A DNA stretch of 64,000 bases from Squalus acanthias. Its lineage: Eukaryota. This document shows, piece after piece, positions 12,480 through 26,159 of this stretch. Made by a program: the position numbers and the translations under genes. The stretch is from the NCBI GenBank assembly GCA_030390025.1, contig CM059431.1, positions 133,736,001 through 133,800,000 of the forward strand, in the 5' to 3' direction. How positions within the stretch are numbered: position 1 is the first letter of the stretch; each line of letters opens with the position of its first letter. The notes under the pieces were generated by a model. That model saw nothing but the letters and a program-made list of their open reading frames with translations. It had not been told where the DNA came from and did not search any database.

Positions 12480-15400
12480 ATAATGGGGAATAAGGAAATG
12501 GCAAAGTCCTTAAACAAATATTTTGTATCTGTCTTCACACAAAACGTATACCAAAAATAGTGGGAAACAGAGGGGCTAATGAGAGCGAGGAACTTAGAAT
12601 AATTAAGATCAGTAGAGAAAAAGTACTTGAGAAACTAATGGGACTAAAAGCCAACAAATCCCCTGGACCTGATGGCCTACATCCTAGGGTCTAAAAGAGG
12701 TGGCTGCAGAGATAGTGGATGCATTGGTTGTGATCTTCCCAAATTCCCTAGATTCTAGAATGGTCCCAGCAGATTGGAAGGTAGCAAATGTAACCCCGCT
12801 ATTCAAGAATGGAGGGAGAGAGAAAACAGGAAACTACAGGCCAGTTAGCCTGACATCAGTTGTCGGGAAAATGCCGGAATACATTATTAAGGAAGTGGTA
12901 ACAGGGCATTAGAAAACCATATTATGATTAGGCAGAGTCAACATGGTTTTATGAAAGGGAAATCGTGTTTAACAAATTTATTAGAGTTCTTGCGGATGTA
13001 ACTAGCAGGGTAGATAAAGGGGAATCAGTGGATGTAGTATGTTTGGATTTCCAAAAGACATTCGATAAGGTGCCACGTAAAAGGTTGTTATGCAAGAAAA
13101 GGGCTCATGGGGTTGGGGATAATATATTAGCATGGATAGAGGATTGGTTAAGGAACAGAAAACAGAGAATAGGGATAAACGGGTCATTTTCAGGTTGGCA
13201 GGCTGTAACTAGTGGGGTGCCGCAAGGATCAGTGCTTGGGCCTTAGCTAGTTACAATTTATATTATAGGGGCAAAAGGGAGGGAGGAACTTAAAACAATC
13301 ACTATCATGAGAGAAAAATTGTTAGGCAAACTTATGGGTCTAAAGGCTGACAAGTCCCCTGGACCTGATGGCCTGCATCCTAGGGTCTTAAAAGAAGTGG
13401 CTACAGAGATAGTGGATGCATTGGTTGTAATCTTCCAAAATTCCCTTGACTCTGGAAAAGTCCCAGCGGATTGGAAAACCACAAATGTAACACCCTTATT
13501 CAAAAAAGGAGGGAGACAGAAAGCAGGAAACTATAGGCCAGTTAGCCTAACATCTGTCATTGGCAAAATGCTTGAATCCATTATTAAGGAAGTAGTAGCA
13601 GGGCATTTAGAATATCAATATACAATCAAACAGAGTCAGCATGGTTTTATGAAAGTGAAATCGTGTTTGACAAATTTATTAGAGTTCTTTGAGGAGGTAA
13701 CGAGCAGGGTGGATAAATGGCAAACAGCAGATGTAGTGTATTTGGATTTCCAAAAGGCATTTGACAAGGTGCCACATAAAAGGTTACTGCATAAGATAAG
13801 AGCTCATGGTGTTGGGGGTAATATATTAGCATGGATAGAGGATTGGCTAACTAACAGAAAACAGAGAGTCGCGATAAATGGGTCATTTTCAGGATGGCAA
13901 TCTGTAACTAGTGGGGAGCCACAGGGATCAGTGCTGGGGCCTCAACTATTTTCAATCTCTATTAATGACTTGGACGAAGGGACTGAGTGTACTGTTGCTG
14001 ATGATACAAAGATAGGTGGGAAAGCAAGTTGTGAGGAGGACATAACCTATCTATATCCCTTTGCAGATTCTTTAAGAGAGTTGGCAAGAATTTGGCAGAT
14101 GGAGTATTATGTGGGAAAATGTGAAGTTATCCACTATGGTAGGAAGAATAGAAAAGAAAAATATTATTTAAATGGAGAAAGAGTACAGAATGTGGCAGTA
14201 CAGAGGGATTTGGGTGTCCTCGTACATGAAACACAAAAAGTTAACATGCAGGTGCAGCAAGTAATTAAGAAGGCAAATGGAATGTTGGCCTTTATTTCAA
14301 GGGGGGTAGAGTATAAAAGTAGGAAAGTCTTGCTACAACTGTACAGGGTATTGGTGAGACCACACCTGGAGTACTGCGTACAGTTTTAGTCCAATTATTT
14401 AAGGAAGGATATACTTGCATTGGCGGCAGTTCAGAGAAGGTTCACGCGGTTGATTCCTGGGATGGAAGGGTTGTCTTATGAGGAAAGGTTGAGCAGGTTG
14501 GGCCTATACTCATTGGAGTTTAGAAGAATGAGAGGGGATCTTATTGAAACATGTAAGATTCTGAGGGGGTTGCTGAGAGGATGTTTCCCCTCATGCGGGA
14601 ATCTAGAACGAGGGAGCATAATCTCAGAATAAGGGGTTGCCCATTTAAGATGGAGATGAGGAGGAATTTCTTCTCTCAGAGGGTCGTGAATCTTTGGAAT
14701 TCTTTACCCCAGAGAGCTGTGGAAGCTGAGTCATTGAATATATTCAAGGCTGAGATAGACAGATTTTTGAGGAACAGGGGAGTCAAGGGTTATGGGGAAC
14801 AGGTAGGATAGTGGAGTTGAGGCCAAAATCAGATCAGCCACGATCTCATTCAATGGCGGAGCAGGCTCGAGGGGCAGAATGGCCTACTCCTGCTCCTATT
14901 TTTTATGTTCTTATATTCTTATTACTGACTTAGATGAAGGGACCGAGTGTAATGTATCCAAGGTTGCTGATGACACAAAGCTAGGTGGGAACGTGAGCTG
15001 TGAAGAGGACACAAAGAATCTGCAAAGGTATATAGACAGGTTAAGTGAGTAGGCAATAAGGTAGCAGATGGAGTATAATGTGGGGAAATGTGAGGTTATT
15101 CACTTTGGTAGGAAGAATAGAAAAACAGAATATTTTTTAAATGGTGAGAAACTATTAAATGTTGGTGTTCAGAGAGATTGAGGTGTCCTCGTACAGGAAA
15201 CACAGAGTTAGCATGCAGGTACAGCAAGCAATTAGGAAGGCAAATGGCATGTTGGCCTTTATTGCAAGGAGGTTGGAATACAAGAGTAAGGAAGTCTTGC
15301 TACAATTGTACAGGGCGTTGGTGAGACCACACATTGAGTTTAAGTCTCATTATCTGAGGAAGGATATACTTGCCTTAGCGGTGGTGCAACAAAGGTTCAC

Positions 15401-15875
15401 TAGATTGATTCCTGGGATGGGAGGGTTGTCCTATGAGGAGAGATTGAGTAGATTGAGCCTATACTCTCTGGAGTTTAAAAGAATGAGATGTGATCTCGTT
15501 GAAACATGTAAGATTCTGAGGGGGATTGACAGGGTAGATGCTGTGAGGTTGTTTCCCCTGGCTGGAGTGTCTAGTACTAGGGGGCATAGTCTCAGGATAA
15601 GGGGTTGGCCATTTAAGACTGAGATGAGGAGGAATTTCTTCACTCAGACGGTTATGAATCTTTGGAATTTTCTACCCAAAAGAGCTGTGGATGCTGAATC
15701 GTTGAGTATATTCAAGGTTGAGATAGATAGATTTTTGGATTCTAGGGATATCAAGGGATATGGAGATTGGGCAGGAAAGTGGAGTTGAGGTCATGATCTT
15801 ATTGAATGGTGGAGCAGACTCGAGGCGCCAAATGGCCTACTCCTGCTCCTAATTCTTGTGTACTTATGTTCTTAT
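12480..15875 (+). mobile_element. CR1 LINE (12480-13262 + 14916-15875) with a second CR1 (13263-14915) nested inside it
   Basis: Outer RT breaks after GVPQGSVLGP and resumes at DLDEGTEC; the inner copy has a 360-aa ORF and its own tail. Confidence 0.88.
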
Positions 15876-16489
15876 GACAGAAGAAGTACTCCAAGTCCAG
15901 CCAGACCACTGCCTGCAGAGTAATCAAACTTTAGACTAGTATAGGAAACCTCCAAAAATGTGTGCAATTGCACCAGCAGCCAGAATAAATAATCCAGCAA
16001 CAAACCTGTAAGTACTTCATGATTCCTTTAAATAGCGCTGGTGGGGGATCCTTAATTCGTTTAACATCATATTCAGCTGTGCGATGATAAGACAAGGCTT
16101 TGGTTGGAGTGTGGAGTTGCAAAATGGTAGCGGTGGGTTTAACTCAGCGTTTCACAATGATTCACATCATCATCTCTCTGCTCTGCATGCTGCCGGTGGT
16201 CGTTAGGTGTGTACATGCAAACCCCTTGATCAAATTGGCGTCCTGCACACTTCCCGTTGAAAGTGCGAGCGCACATCTCCAGAGGCGTGGTGGCCTGATA
16301 GTGCTGTGCCCCCGCCGGTATCGAATCTTAGTTGGCTCCGTAGCACTTAAAAAATGGGCAATACAGGGCCCAATTTAACCCCCACAAGGTCTAATTTCTG
16401 TAATTAGGCGCACCTTTAGGTCACTTAGAGGCTAATAACTGATAGGCATATTAGGTTCATTAGAAGATCGTTCTATCGTTGATGAGAAA

Positions 16490-19008
16490 GTTTTTCTGTA
16501 AATTCAAATAGCTTGTAAATACCTTGCATCTCTCAAAAAAGCTAATGCACCCTGGATAACAAAGGAAATAAAAGTTAAAATAAAACAGAAAAACGAGCCT
16601 TATGACAAATGCCAGGAGCAAGATTCAGTTAATAACCAGGAAGATTATTGAAAGTACAGGAGGGAATTGAAAATGTTAATACAGGAGGCAAAGAGAGGTT
16701 GCCTCCAGGGGGCGCTAACAGGGTGCAAAGGGCTTATCGCCCGGGCGGTGGGGGAGGGGGAAAGCACCTCCCGAGGAATCTGGCAGGGCGTTGCTGAGGC
16801 ACTACCCGTAGTGCTGCGCCCCCGCCGGTATCGCCCCGTGCCACCGCGCCTCTGGTGATGACATCATCACCGTGCGCCGCAGACCCTTACCGCCCTGCGG
16901 CAGAAATTTGGCTGCGCCCCGTGAGGCTGCTGTGGGCAGTGTCAGCGCCAGACTCATGGGTTGTGAGCCGGGCCAACCTCCGCTCGTGGGGTGGCATTTA
17001 AAGGGGAGGTGCGGCCACGACCCACGCTGCATTTTCCTTTTTTGGCTGACCTCCAGGTCGGCCCTCCATGGTGGGCCGTGGCGTGGTCCTGGCTGCCATC
17101 GTGGCCTAGTGTGGGCCTTCCGAGGCCCTGCAGAGTGCGTAATGGCCCTCCCCTTTAACTGAAGGGGAGGGGCATGAAACGTGGCAGCGCACCGCGGAGC
17201 TTCCGCAGAGTGCTGCCAAACGCGCCCTGACATCACCTCGGTTACTGCCCCACCAGGAGGTGGAGCGCCCGACAACTGAATTTCGCACCCCCAAAGTATA
17301 AGTGGTTTGCTAGGGAAAAAGTTGGGTCTATTAAGGACCCAAAGGGAAATCTTCCTGTAGAGGCAGAGGACATGGCAGAAGTATTAAATGAGTACTTTGC
17401 ATTTGTCTTCACAAAGGAAACAGATGATATGAAGGTTACACTAAAAGAGGAGATGGAAGTTATGGGCAGGATAGTAATAGATAGAGAAGACATATGAAAA
17501 AGATTAGCATTGCTGAAAGTTGGTAAGTCACCTGGTCTGGATGGAATGCATCCTAGGTTGCTGAAAGAAGCAAAGGTAGAAATAGCAGAGGCATTGATCT
17601 CAATCTTTCAATCCTCATTGGATACAGGAGTAGTGCCGGAGTACTGGAGGATTTCTAATGTTATACCACTATTCAGGAAATGGGAGAGGGATAAATCAAG
17701 AAACTACAGGCTAGTCAGCCTAACATCAGTGTGGGGAAGTTATTAGAAACCATTATCAGGGACAAAATAAACTTTCATTTGGAAAGGCATGGGTTAATCA
17801 AGGAGAGCCAGCATGGATTTGTTAAAGGCAAATTGTGTCTGACTAACTTGATTGAATTCTTTGATGAGGTAACAGAGAAGGTTGATCAAGGTAGCGCAGT
17901 AGATGTATATATGGACTTTCAGAAGGCATTCAACAAAGTGCCACACAGGAGGTTTATTAAAAAGACGGAAGCCCATGGAATTAAGGGGAAAGTGGTGGTA
18001 TGGATACGAAATTGGCTCAGTGACGGGAAGCAAAGGGTGGTGGTGAATGAATATGTTTCAGGTGGTTTGCAGTGGTGTTCCCCAAGGGTCAGTTTTGGGT
18101 CCATTACTCTTCGATTTTTATAAATGACCTAGACTCGGATGTAGGGAGCAGCATTATAAGGTTTGCAGATGATAAAAACTTAGCAAATATCAAAATAGTA
18201 GACAGTGATGAGGATAGTTATAGGCTTCAGGATGACATAGACAGGATGGTGAAATGGGCAGAAGAAAAGTGCAGATCAGCAGAGAGACCTTGGTGTCCAT
18301 ATACACAAATCCTTAAAGGTGGCACGGCACGTTGATATGGTGGTTAATAAAGCATATGGGTTACTTGCATTTATAAATAGAGGAATAGAATATAAAAGCA
18401 AAGATATCATGGTAGAACTTTACAAATCACTGGTTAGCCCTCAGCTGGAGTATTGCGGACAATTCTGGGCACCACACATCATGAAATATGTAGGAACAAA
18501 GGACATAGCATACTTAGAAAATGTACAGAGGCAGTTTACCAGGATGTTACCAGGGATGAGGGACTTCAGTTATGAGGAGAGGTTGGAAAAGTTAGGACTG
18601 TTCTCCTTGGAACAGAGAAGATTAAGAGACCTCATCGAGGTTTTCAAGATGATGACAGGTTTTAATAGAATAGATAGAGAAAAACTATTCCCTCTGACGA
18701 GTGGATCAATAACCAGAGGTCAGAGATTCAAAATAATTGGCAAAAGATCTAGAGGGGAAATGAGGAGAATTCTTTTCACTCAGAGTTGTTGGGGTCTGGA
18801 AAGCCCTACCCGGAAAGGTGGTGGAAGCTGATTCCATAAATAATTTTAAAAGGGAGTTGGACAGGTGCTTGAGGATGAGGAACTTACAGGGTTACGGACA
18901 AAAAGCAGGAATGTGGGAATAAGCACGACTGCTCTTTCTAAGAGCCAGCACAGGCAGGACGGGACGAATGGCCTCCTCCCGTGCTGTAAGTTTCTATGAT
19001 TTCTATGA
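16490..19008 (+). mobile_element. CR1 LINE ORF2 fragment with MITE insertion
   Basis: KSPGLDGMHP, QHGFVKG and RFADD motifs; (TTTCTATGA) tail. Confidence 0.88.
16698..17292. mobile_element. GC-rich Harbinger-type MITE, one end missing
   Basis: Right end CTGAATTTCGCACCCCC; similar to 20988-21727 and 52308-52931. Confidence 0.65.
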
Positions 19009-20987
19009 AAAGTCAGAAGAAATGATCACCCCCTTTCTCTGCCTTTAACTGCCTTTCTCTCTTTAATACTTAAAAAAAAAATTGTAACAGAAACTTGCAT
19101 TGAAAGCTGGCCGGTAGGAATGATAACAGCTGGTTAGAGAGGTGGAGTCATCGAAGTAAATGTGGCAGATGGGGTTTCTTCCAGGCCTGTTTTCTCACTG
19201 CCCTCCACATTTCCCAGTTGCCATGGTTCGTGTTGGATAGCAGAATTGTTTCAATGGCTTATGCAGTTATCCTGATTGCCTCAACAGACAGCTCTTGAGG
19301 ACTCTCAGAAGGTGTCAGCTTGCAGAAATAGAAACAAGATAATCTGTTCCTTCTTTTCTCCCACAAGAAGCTTTACATCATAACGTCCGACATGACTCTG
19401 TGTGGAAATTGATTTATTTTACATGAAATATATGAATGAATAGAAGACAGAGTTCACAGAAAGAGTAATAAATTCCTTACCGCTCGTTGTACTATAAAAA
19501 TAAATAAAATGCGCAATTCTACCACTGCGCTATGCCAAACTCACCTTCAAGCACGCAGTTCCTCAGCTAACTTCCCTCTGTACTGTAATTAGGGTGCAGG
19601 CAGTATGTGTTCACTCTGCCATTCTGGAGCCTATGTGTGATTATTACTGACTCATGCTGACCCTCCAGAGAGTGAAAGAAGGAAGGACAGTCTTCCCTGA
19701 ACTGTGTGTGTTGAGAATTGGCCTGTCAAGTTGCAAATCAACGTTACCCACCTTGAATGAAATGTAAATATCTTGTTTAGTCAAACCATTTGCTTGGCAT
19801 ATTGAATGAAAACCATTTTGTCACAATGATGAGAAATTCTCAAGACCAAACCAAATGAACTTCATTGTTTCAAAGATAATGTAACATTCAACAGTAAGAA
19901 AATTGACATCTGGTCGGTCTGGTGTCAAACTGCTAGGAACTATTCTATGACCAGGACGTGAACTGCTATAGAATGTACTGAATGACTTCCCATTGTTTCC
20001 TACATAATATCCTGAATGGCACTAAATGGTAAGTTAAAAAATATATCTCAGGGAGCTATATTCAAATATTATATGGTTCAATGCCAATTTGGCATTTTGC
20101 CAATTCCTGAATGTAGCTTATTCAATTCAAAGCCCTAATTTAGACTAGGAATTTCATATCTGTCCTGAAAGATGAGGCTTGCTGGAGATGCAGAGGAGAC
20201 AATCATCCACATTTTAGGAGATGATTTTTTCATTACATGTTTCGGATGCTAAGGAAGTACATTCTGAAAGATCGTACCATCTGCTAGGCTTTTTGTGCGA
20301 TGCCTCACTTAAGAATGAAAGAATATAAAAAGGATGGAACAAGAGAAGGCCATTTGGCCCATCAAGCTCATTGCTTCCGCAGACCATGCAGAATTGGTTA
20401 TTCTAAACCAAACCAATTAATTTTTTGAGAAATGTTTCTGCAAACTGTCCCAAAGTTAGAGCAAACAAAACTCCAGAATGCTTATCCTTGCATCTAAATT
20501 ATACATTCTAAACGAACTGCCTTGATATGGTATTTCCATAAACCCAAAAGCTCAGGAACCATCGTGCTCCAAAGAACATTCAATTATCCCTATATGAGCT
20601 TATTCTTATAACCTTTAAATCCCATTACAGTTTGCAGAAACATTTCTCACAAAATTAATTGATATTCATCTAGCTCTTTTCAAATGTATTAATCGGCATA
20701 TTAAGTGGGAACTTATTCCATAAATTCAAAATGCAGTGGATGAAAAATGCCTTCTAGCCTGAAGATTTGTGTAAGGCATGTGAATTTTATCTTCCTGTCC
20801 TCCAGTGTTTACAGTCCAATCAAATAACATGCTTATATCTATATTATCCATTCCTCTTAGCATTCTACACAACTGTATTTTTACTCTATATCTTTACTTT
20901 GATGGAAATAGTAACAGATTGTTACATTTACCATGGATTTTTAATGTTGGATATAGAATCTGTGACTATTAATTGATTAGATACTTA

Positions 20988-21727
20988 GGGGGCTAAATTC
21001 GTTTGATTTGCGCCTCCCGCTAGCGTCCTAAGAGGGCGCTAACGGGGTGCAAATCAACTAGCGCCTGGGCATGGCGCCGCTAATGCCTCCCGCGAAATTC
21101 AGCGGGAGGTTAGCGGTGGCACTAACCGTTAGCGCCGCACGGCACTGCGCCGCCGGTGATGACGTTATCGCTGTGCGCAGCGCCCCGTTCGCGCCCCAGT
21201 TGTAATATTGGGTAGCGCCCCCTGACTTACCACCGGACGCTATGTCCGCCGGGGTCAGGGGGGCCTACCTGCAGCCGGGGCGGCGCTAGTTAAAGAGGAG
21301 GTGGCGGGCGGCCATTTTTGTTGCTGACCGCCTGCCAGCACCTGCCCCCGTTGCTGTCCCCGGCCCCTGTGAAGCCCCCTGCGTGGTGCCGGCTGCACTC
21401 CGTGAGCCCGGCACTCCTCTTGAGTGCCGGGCTCGTCTGCCAGCACTCCCGATCACTGGTGGCCCAGCTGGGCGCCGGGACGCACTGCATCAGGCCCACC
21501 CCCTTTAATAAGGGGAGGAAGGCCTGCAGTACCGCGGCGCAACGTGCCGCAGAGCGTGCTGCTGCACCACACAGCACCGCGATATTGGCTCGCAGCGCCC
21601 CAAGAGGGACGTGGGGCACTTCCAGTAGTGCCCCTCCTCCCTCTCGGGTCACTACCTGGGAAAATCGGCCGCGGGGGCGCTAACTTTTTCGGGGGGCTAA
21701 AAGGGGGCGCTACCCAATTTTTACACC
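20988..21727. mobile_element. GC-rich Harbinger-type MITE
   Basis: Starts GGGGGCTAAATTC with the subterminal TAGCG..TAAGAGGGCGCTAA block shared with copy A; body homologous to 52308-52931. Confidence 0.75.
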
Positions 21728-22111
21728 TATCAGTTGTAGTATTTTAAAGCCATTCTTCACTTTCTTTTGCAGCCTTTATGTGGGTTTGCATCACCTCATT
21801 TCATCATGTTGTTTTAGATATATGCTCATTTCTACACATTAAATGTTTACATACAAAAGGATTTAATTGCAGTTTCAAACAATATAGATATGAATTTGTA
21901 ACAATTGACAGAGTTCAACATACCATGCATTTTAATGTTGTGCTGACCCCATGTTTTGAATTCCTGATGTGTACTCCTGTCACCAAAGCTCTATACTAGG
22001 AATGCTAACTCATAACATCGACCCTGTAATCTACTAAGATCATTGCAGGTTTTAAACATTTAGCCAACCTGTCAGGGAGAAATTTTTTTAAATGTTTATC
22101 TTGCTTTGCAG

Positions 22112-22219
22112 ATATGAATTAGGAGCTGCTTTATTTATTGGCTGGGCTGGATCGTCACTTTCCATGATGGGAGGTGTGGTATTTTGTTTCTCCTTATCTG
22201 ATGGTGAAGATTCTCCAAG
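22112..22219 (+). CDS. CLDN10: Claudin-10 coding exon 4 (YELGAALFIGWAGSSLSMMGGVVFCFSLSDGEDSPR)
   Basis: ttgctttgcAG acceptor, GTAAG donor; 108 bp; YELGAALFIGW TM4 signature. Confidence 0.95.
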
Positions 22220-22464
22220 GTAAGATAAAATAGGCCTACTGAGATATTATATGGTTTGAAGAAATGCATTTGGAATCCTACTCTTATGGAGTTGAACATG
22301 TCGTGATGAACGTACAAAGCAACCGAGGCACTCATTAGAAGTTGTAATGTTAACATTATAGTAGACCTGCTCCTTTATCATGTTGTCTTTGCGAGTTATA
22401 CAAGGGTTGTATTTAACTTAAAAACTATTACATTTATCTATATCTTATTAAATATTTTGGGGTA

Positions 22465-22840
22465 AAAACAAGGATGAGAATTTTAACCGGGAACCAATGT
22501 AGCGAGCACAGGGATGATGGGTGAATGGGACTTGGTGCGAGTTAGGACACGGGCAGCAGAGTTTTGGATGACCTCAAGTTTACAGAGGGTAGAACGTGGG
22601 AGGCTGGCCAGGAGTGCGTTGGACTAGTCAAGTCTAAAGGGAACAAAGGCATGGATGAGGGTTTCAGCAGCGGATGAACTGATGCAGGGGTGGAGTCGGG
22701 TGATGGTACGGAGGTGGAAATAGGTGGTCTTAGTGATGGCACGGATATGTGGTCGGAAGCTCATTTCAAGGTCAAATATGACACCAAGGATGTAAACAGG
22801 CTGGCTCAGCCTCAGACAGTTGCCATGGAGAGGGATGGAA
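22465..22840 (-). mobile_element. L2-type LINE fragment
   Basis: LGVIFDLEMSFRPHI...AETLIHAFV..RLD; homologous to 38190-38590. Confidence 0.8.
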
Positions 22841-22844
22841 TCAA

Positions 22845-24449
22845 AGAATAATAGAGTACTGATGGAGGCCATTCAGCCCATCAAGTCTGTGCCAGCTCTT
22901 TCGAAGAGCAATTCAGTTAATCACTTTCCCCATTCCCTGCAATTTTTCTATTTCAAGTATTTATCCGATTCCCTTTTGAAGGCTACTATTGAATCTGTTT
23001 CCACCACCCTATCAGGCAGCGCATTCCAAATCCTAACCACTCGTTCCGTAAAAAAGATTTCCTCATGTCGCCTCTAGTTCTTTTGCCAATCACCGTAAAT
23101 CTGTGTCCTCTGGTTATCGACCTTTCAGCCATTAGAAACAGTTTCTCTTTATTTACCCTATATTTTAAACACCTCAATCGAATCTCCTCTTAGCCTTCTC
23201 TGCTCTAAGGAGAACAACCGCAGCTTCTCCAGTCTATCCACATAACTGTAATCCCTTATCATAGAATCATAGAAAGAATCATAGAAAGTTACAGTACGGA
23301 AGGAGGCCATTTCAGCCCATCGTGTCCATGACGGCCAACAAAGAGCTATCCAGCCTAATCCCACTTCCCAGCTCTTGGTCCATAGCCCTGCAGGTTACAG
23401 CATCCCAAGAGCACATCCAAGTACTTTTTAAATGTGGTTAGGGTTTCTGCCTTTACCACCCTTTCAGGCAGTGAGTTCCAGACCCCCACAACCCACTGGG
23501 TGAAGAAATTTCCCCTCAAATCCCCTTTAAACCTTCCACCAATTACTTTAAATCTGTGCCCCTGGTTTTTGACCCCTCTGCTAAGGGAAATAAGTCCTTT
23601 CTATCCACTCTATCTAGGCCCCTCATAATTTTATACACCTCAATAAGGTCTCCCCTCAGCCTCCTCTGTTTCAAGGAAAACAAACCCAGCCTATCCAGTC
23701 TTTCCTCATAGCTAAGATTCTCTACTCCTGGCAACATCCTTGTAAATCTCCTCTGTACCCTCTCTCGTGCAATCACATCTTTCCTGTAATGTGCTGACCA
23801 GAACTGCATGCAGTACTCTAGCTGAGGCCTAACTAGTGTTTTATACAGTTGAAGCATAACCCCCCTGCTCTTGTATTCTATGCCACAGCTAATAAAGGCA
23901 AGCATCCTGTATGCCTTCTTAACCACCTTATCTACCTGGCCTGCTACCTTCAGGGATCTGTGGACATGCACTCCAAGGTCCCTTTGTTCCTCTACACTAT
24001 TCAGTGTCCTACCATTTAATGTGTATTCCCTTTCCTTGTTAGCCCTCCCCAAATGTATTACCTCACACTTCTCCGGATTGAATTCCATTTGCCACTGTTC
24101 TGCCCACCTGACCAATTTATTGATATCTTCCTGCAGTCTACAGCTTCCTTCTTCAGTATCAACCACACAGCCGACTTTAGTATCATCTGCAAACTTCTTA
24201 ATCATACCCCCTATATTCAAGCCTAGATCATTGATATAAACCACAAAAAGCAAGGGACCTAGTGCTGAGCCCTGCGGAACCCCACTGGAAACAGCCTTCC
24301 AGTCACAAAACACCCATCAACCATTACCCTCTGCTTCCTGCCTCCGAGCCAGTTTTGAATCCCTCGAACTATTCTAGTAAATCTCTTCTGTACCCTCTCC
24401 AAAGCCTTTACATCCTTCCTAAAGTGTGATGACCAGAATTGGACACAAT
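22845..24449 (-). mobile_element. CR1 LINE with a second CR1 (about 23260-24360) nested; outer copy continues at 31766-31863
   Basis: 256-aa RT ORF 23543-24313; outer CR1 rejoins across the Harbinger TSD AAT. Confidence 0.85.
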
Positions 24450-25671
24450 GGCCGGAATCTTAACCTTGGAGTTGGGTCGGATGCGTGCAGGTCACATAGC
24501 GGGTCGCGTAGTGGATCGCCATCACGAAGATTTCAACAGCGCGTTCTGCACTGCACGTTTAACTCAATAGCACCAATTGAAAGAGTCATACGGGTTTCCT
24601 GGCCCAGTTAAATGGAATGGGTCTGATGACGTCACCGATGACTCGTTTTCAGTGCGGATATTTAAAGCAGCATTGCACAGATCTCATTTGAAGGTTGCTG
24701 TAGGAGTGTTCAAGGTGCTTTGAAAAGCTACACACTGCTGAATAAGATTGAGAATTCTGTGCGTCATGGAGACACAAAGACAGAGGGCTGCGCCAAGATT
24801 CCCAGATGCCTCCCTGGAAGTGCTAGTCCAGGGAGTACGAGCACGCAGGGAGGTTCTCTTCCGTGTGGATGGCCGAAAAAGACCAGCCTGAGACACTAAG
24901 AGGGCATGGCTAGAGATCGCAGAGGAGGTCAGCAGCAGGGATGTGGTGAGGAGCATGTGGATCCAGTGCCGCAAATGATTCAATAATCTCATGAGGTCAG
25001 GAAAGGTGAGTGCAATGCCACATTAGCCTACATCCTGATGTGCGTGTCACCCCAATCCCATCACTCTGCCTTCCCAAGCGTACTCCTGCACATCACTCCT
25101 CACACCAACCTGCCTTGCAGGTACACCCATCCCTCTCTGTCTATGCACCTACTCACATCCCCATCTGACAAACCACCACTGACACTCACCCTCATCCTAA
25201 TGCAATTATAGCAAGTAACACCACAGAAGGAGGCCATTTGACAATGGTCACGCCACTCCCTCATAGTCACCCTCTGCAGATGTTGCCCATCCATTCCTTA
25301 CACTCATTCCATCACTCTCACTCAAAGTTCTCTTCTTTCCCTCCTTGCCAGAGAGGAGAGCCCACAACAACAGGGAGAGGTAGAGAACCAGAGATGGCCC
25401 TCCAATATTCACATATTTGACTCCAGCAGAGGAGGAGGCCCTAGAAATCTCTGGAGTTGTAGAGCTGCTGGCGGTTGGAGACAGAGAGAGGGGGACCTCC
25501 CAGCAACCTGATGACAAAATTAAATCTCATACAGCCACATGACGCGATAGCCTGAGCCTCCTTTGGCACTAATACAATAGCAAAATACTGCGGATGCTGG
25601 AAATCTGAAATAACAACAGAAAATGCTGGAAACACTCAGCAGGTCAGGCAGCATCGAGGAGAGAGAAACAG

Positions 25672-25708
25672 AGTCAACGTTTCGGGTCGAGGACCCTTCG
25701 TCAGAACT
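25672..25708 (-). ncRNA. Minimal type I hammerhead ribozyme (Penelope pLTR)
   Basis: AGTT-CTGACGA-A-GGGTC(CTC)GACCC-GAAA-CG-TT-GACT. Confidence 0.8.
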
Positions 25709-26159
25709 GGAAAAGGTTAGAGAAGAGAGATTTTTAAGCAGGGGCAGGGAGGAGGGGAGGAAAGACAAAGGGAAGGTCTGTGACAGGCTGGAAGGCAGGA
25801 GAGATTGACTGACAAAAGGGATGATGGTGCAAGGCATAAAGAGAGGTAATGGGACAAGTTAAGAAACAAAAGATGACTTTAGATGAGGTGTGAATAGCGA
25901 TGGCAGAATCATCAACAGCTACCATGTGAGATGACAAGGGGAAAAAATAATTAAAAATTTAGAGGCCGAGGTTATAGTGTGAAATTGTTGAACTCAATGT
26001 TAAGTCCAGAAGACTGTAAAGTGCCTAATCGAAAGATAAGGTGCTGTTCCTCAAGCTTACGTTGAGCTTCGCTGGAACAGTGTAAGAGGCCGAGGAAGGA
26101 GAGATCAGAGTGGGAGTGGAGCGGAGAATTAAAGTGACAGGTGACCGGAAGCTCGGGGT

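Larger units (their letters stand above)
5453..16383. mobile_element. Degenerate autonomous-type Harbinger/PIF transposon (about 4 kb core) inflated by nested insertions
   Basis: TIR GGGGGTTCAATTGG / CCAATTTAACCCCC; TSD ACT/ACA; convergent Myb-like (+) and transposase (-) remnants. Confidence 0.75.

Noticed and set aside
20988..21727. CpG-island-like GC-rich patch as a host promoter
   Set aside because: It is a dispersed MITE with relatives at 16698 and 52308.
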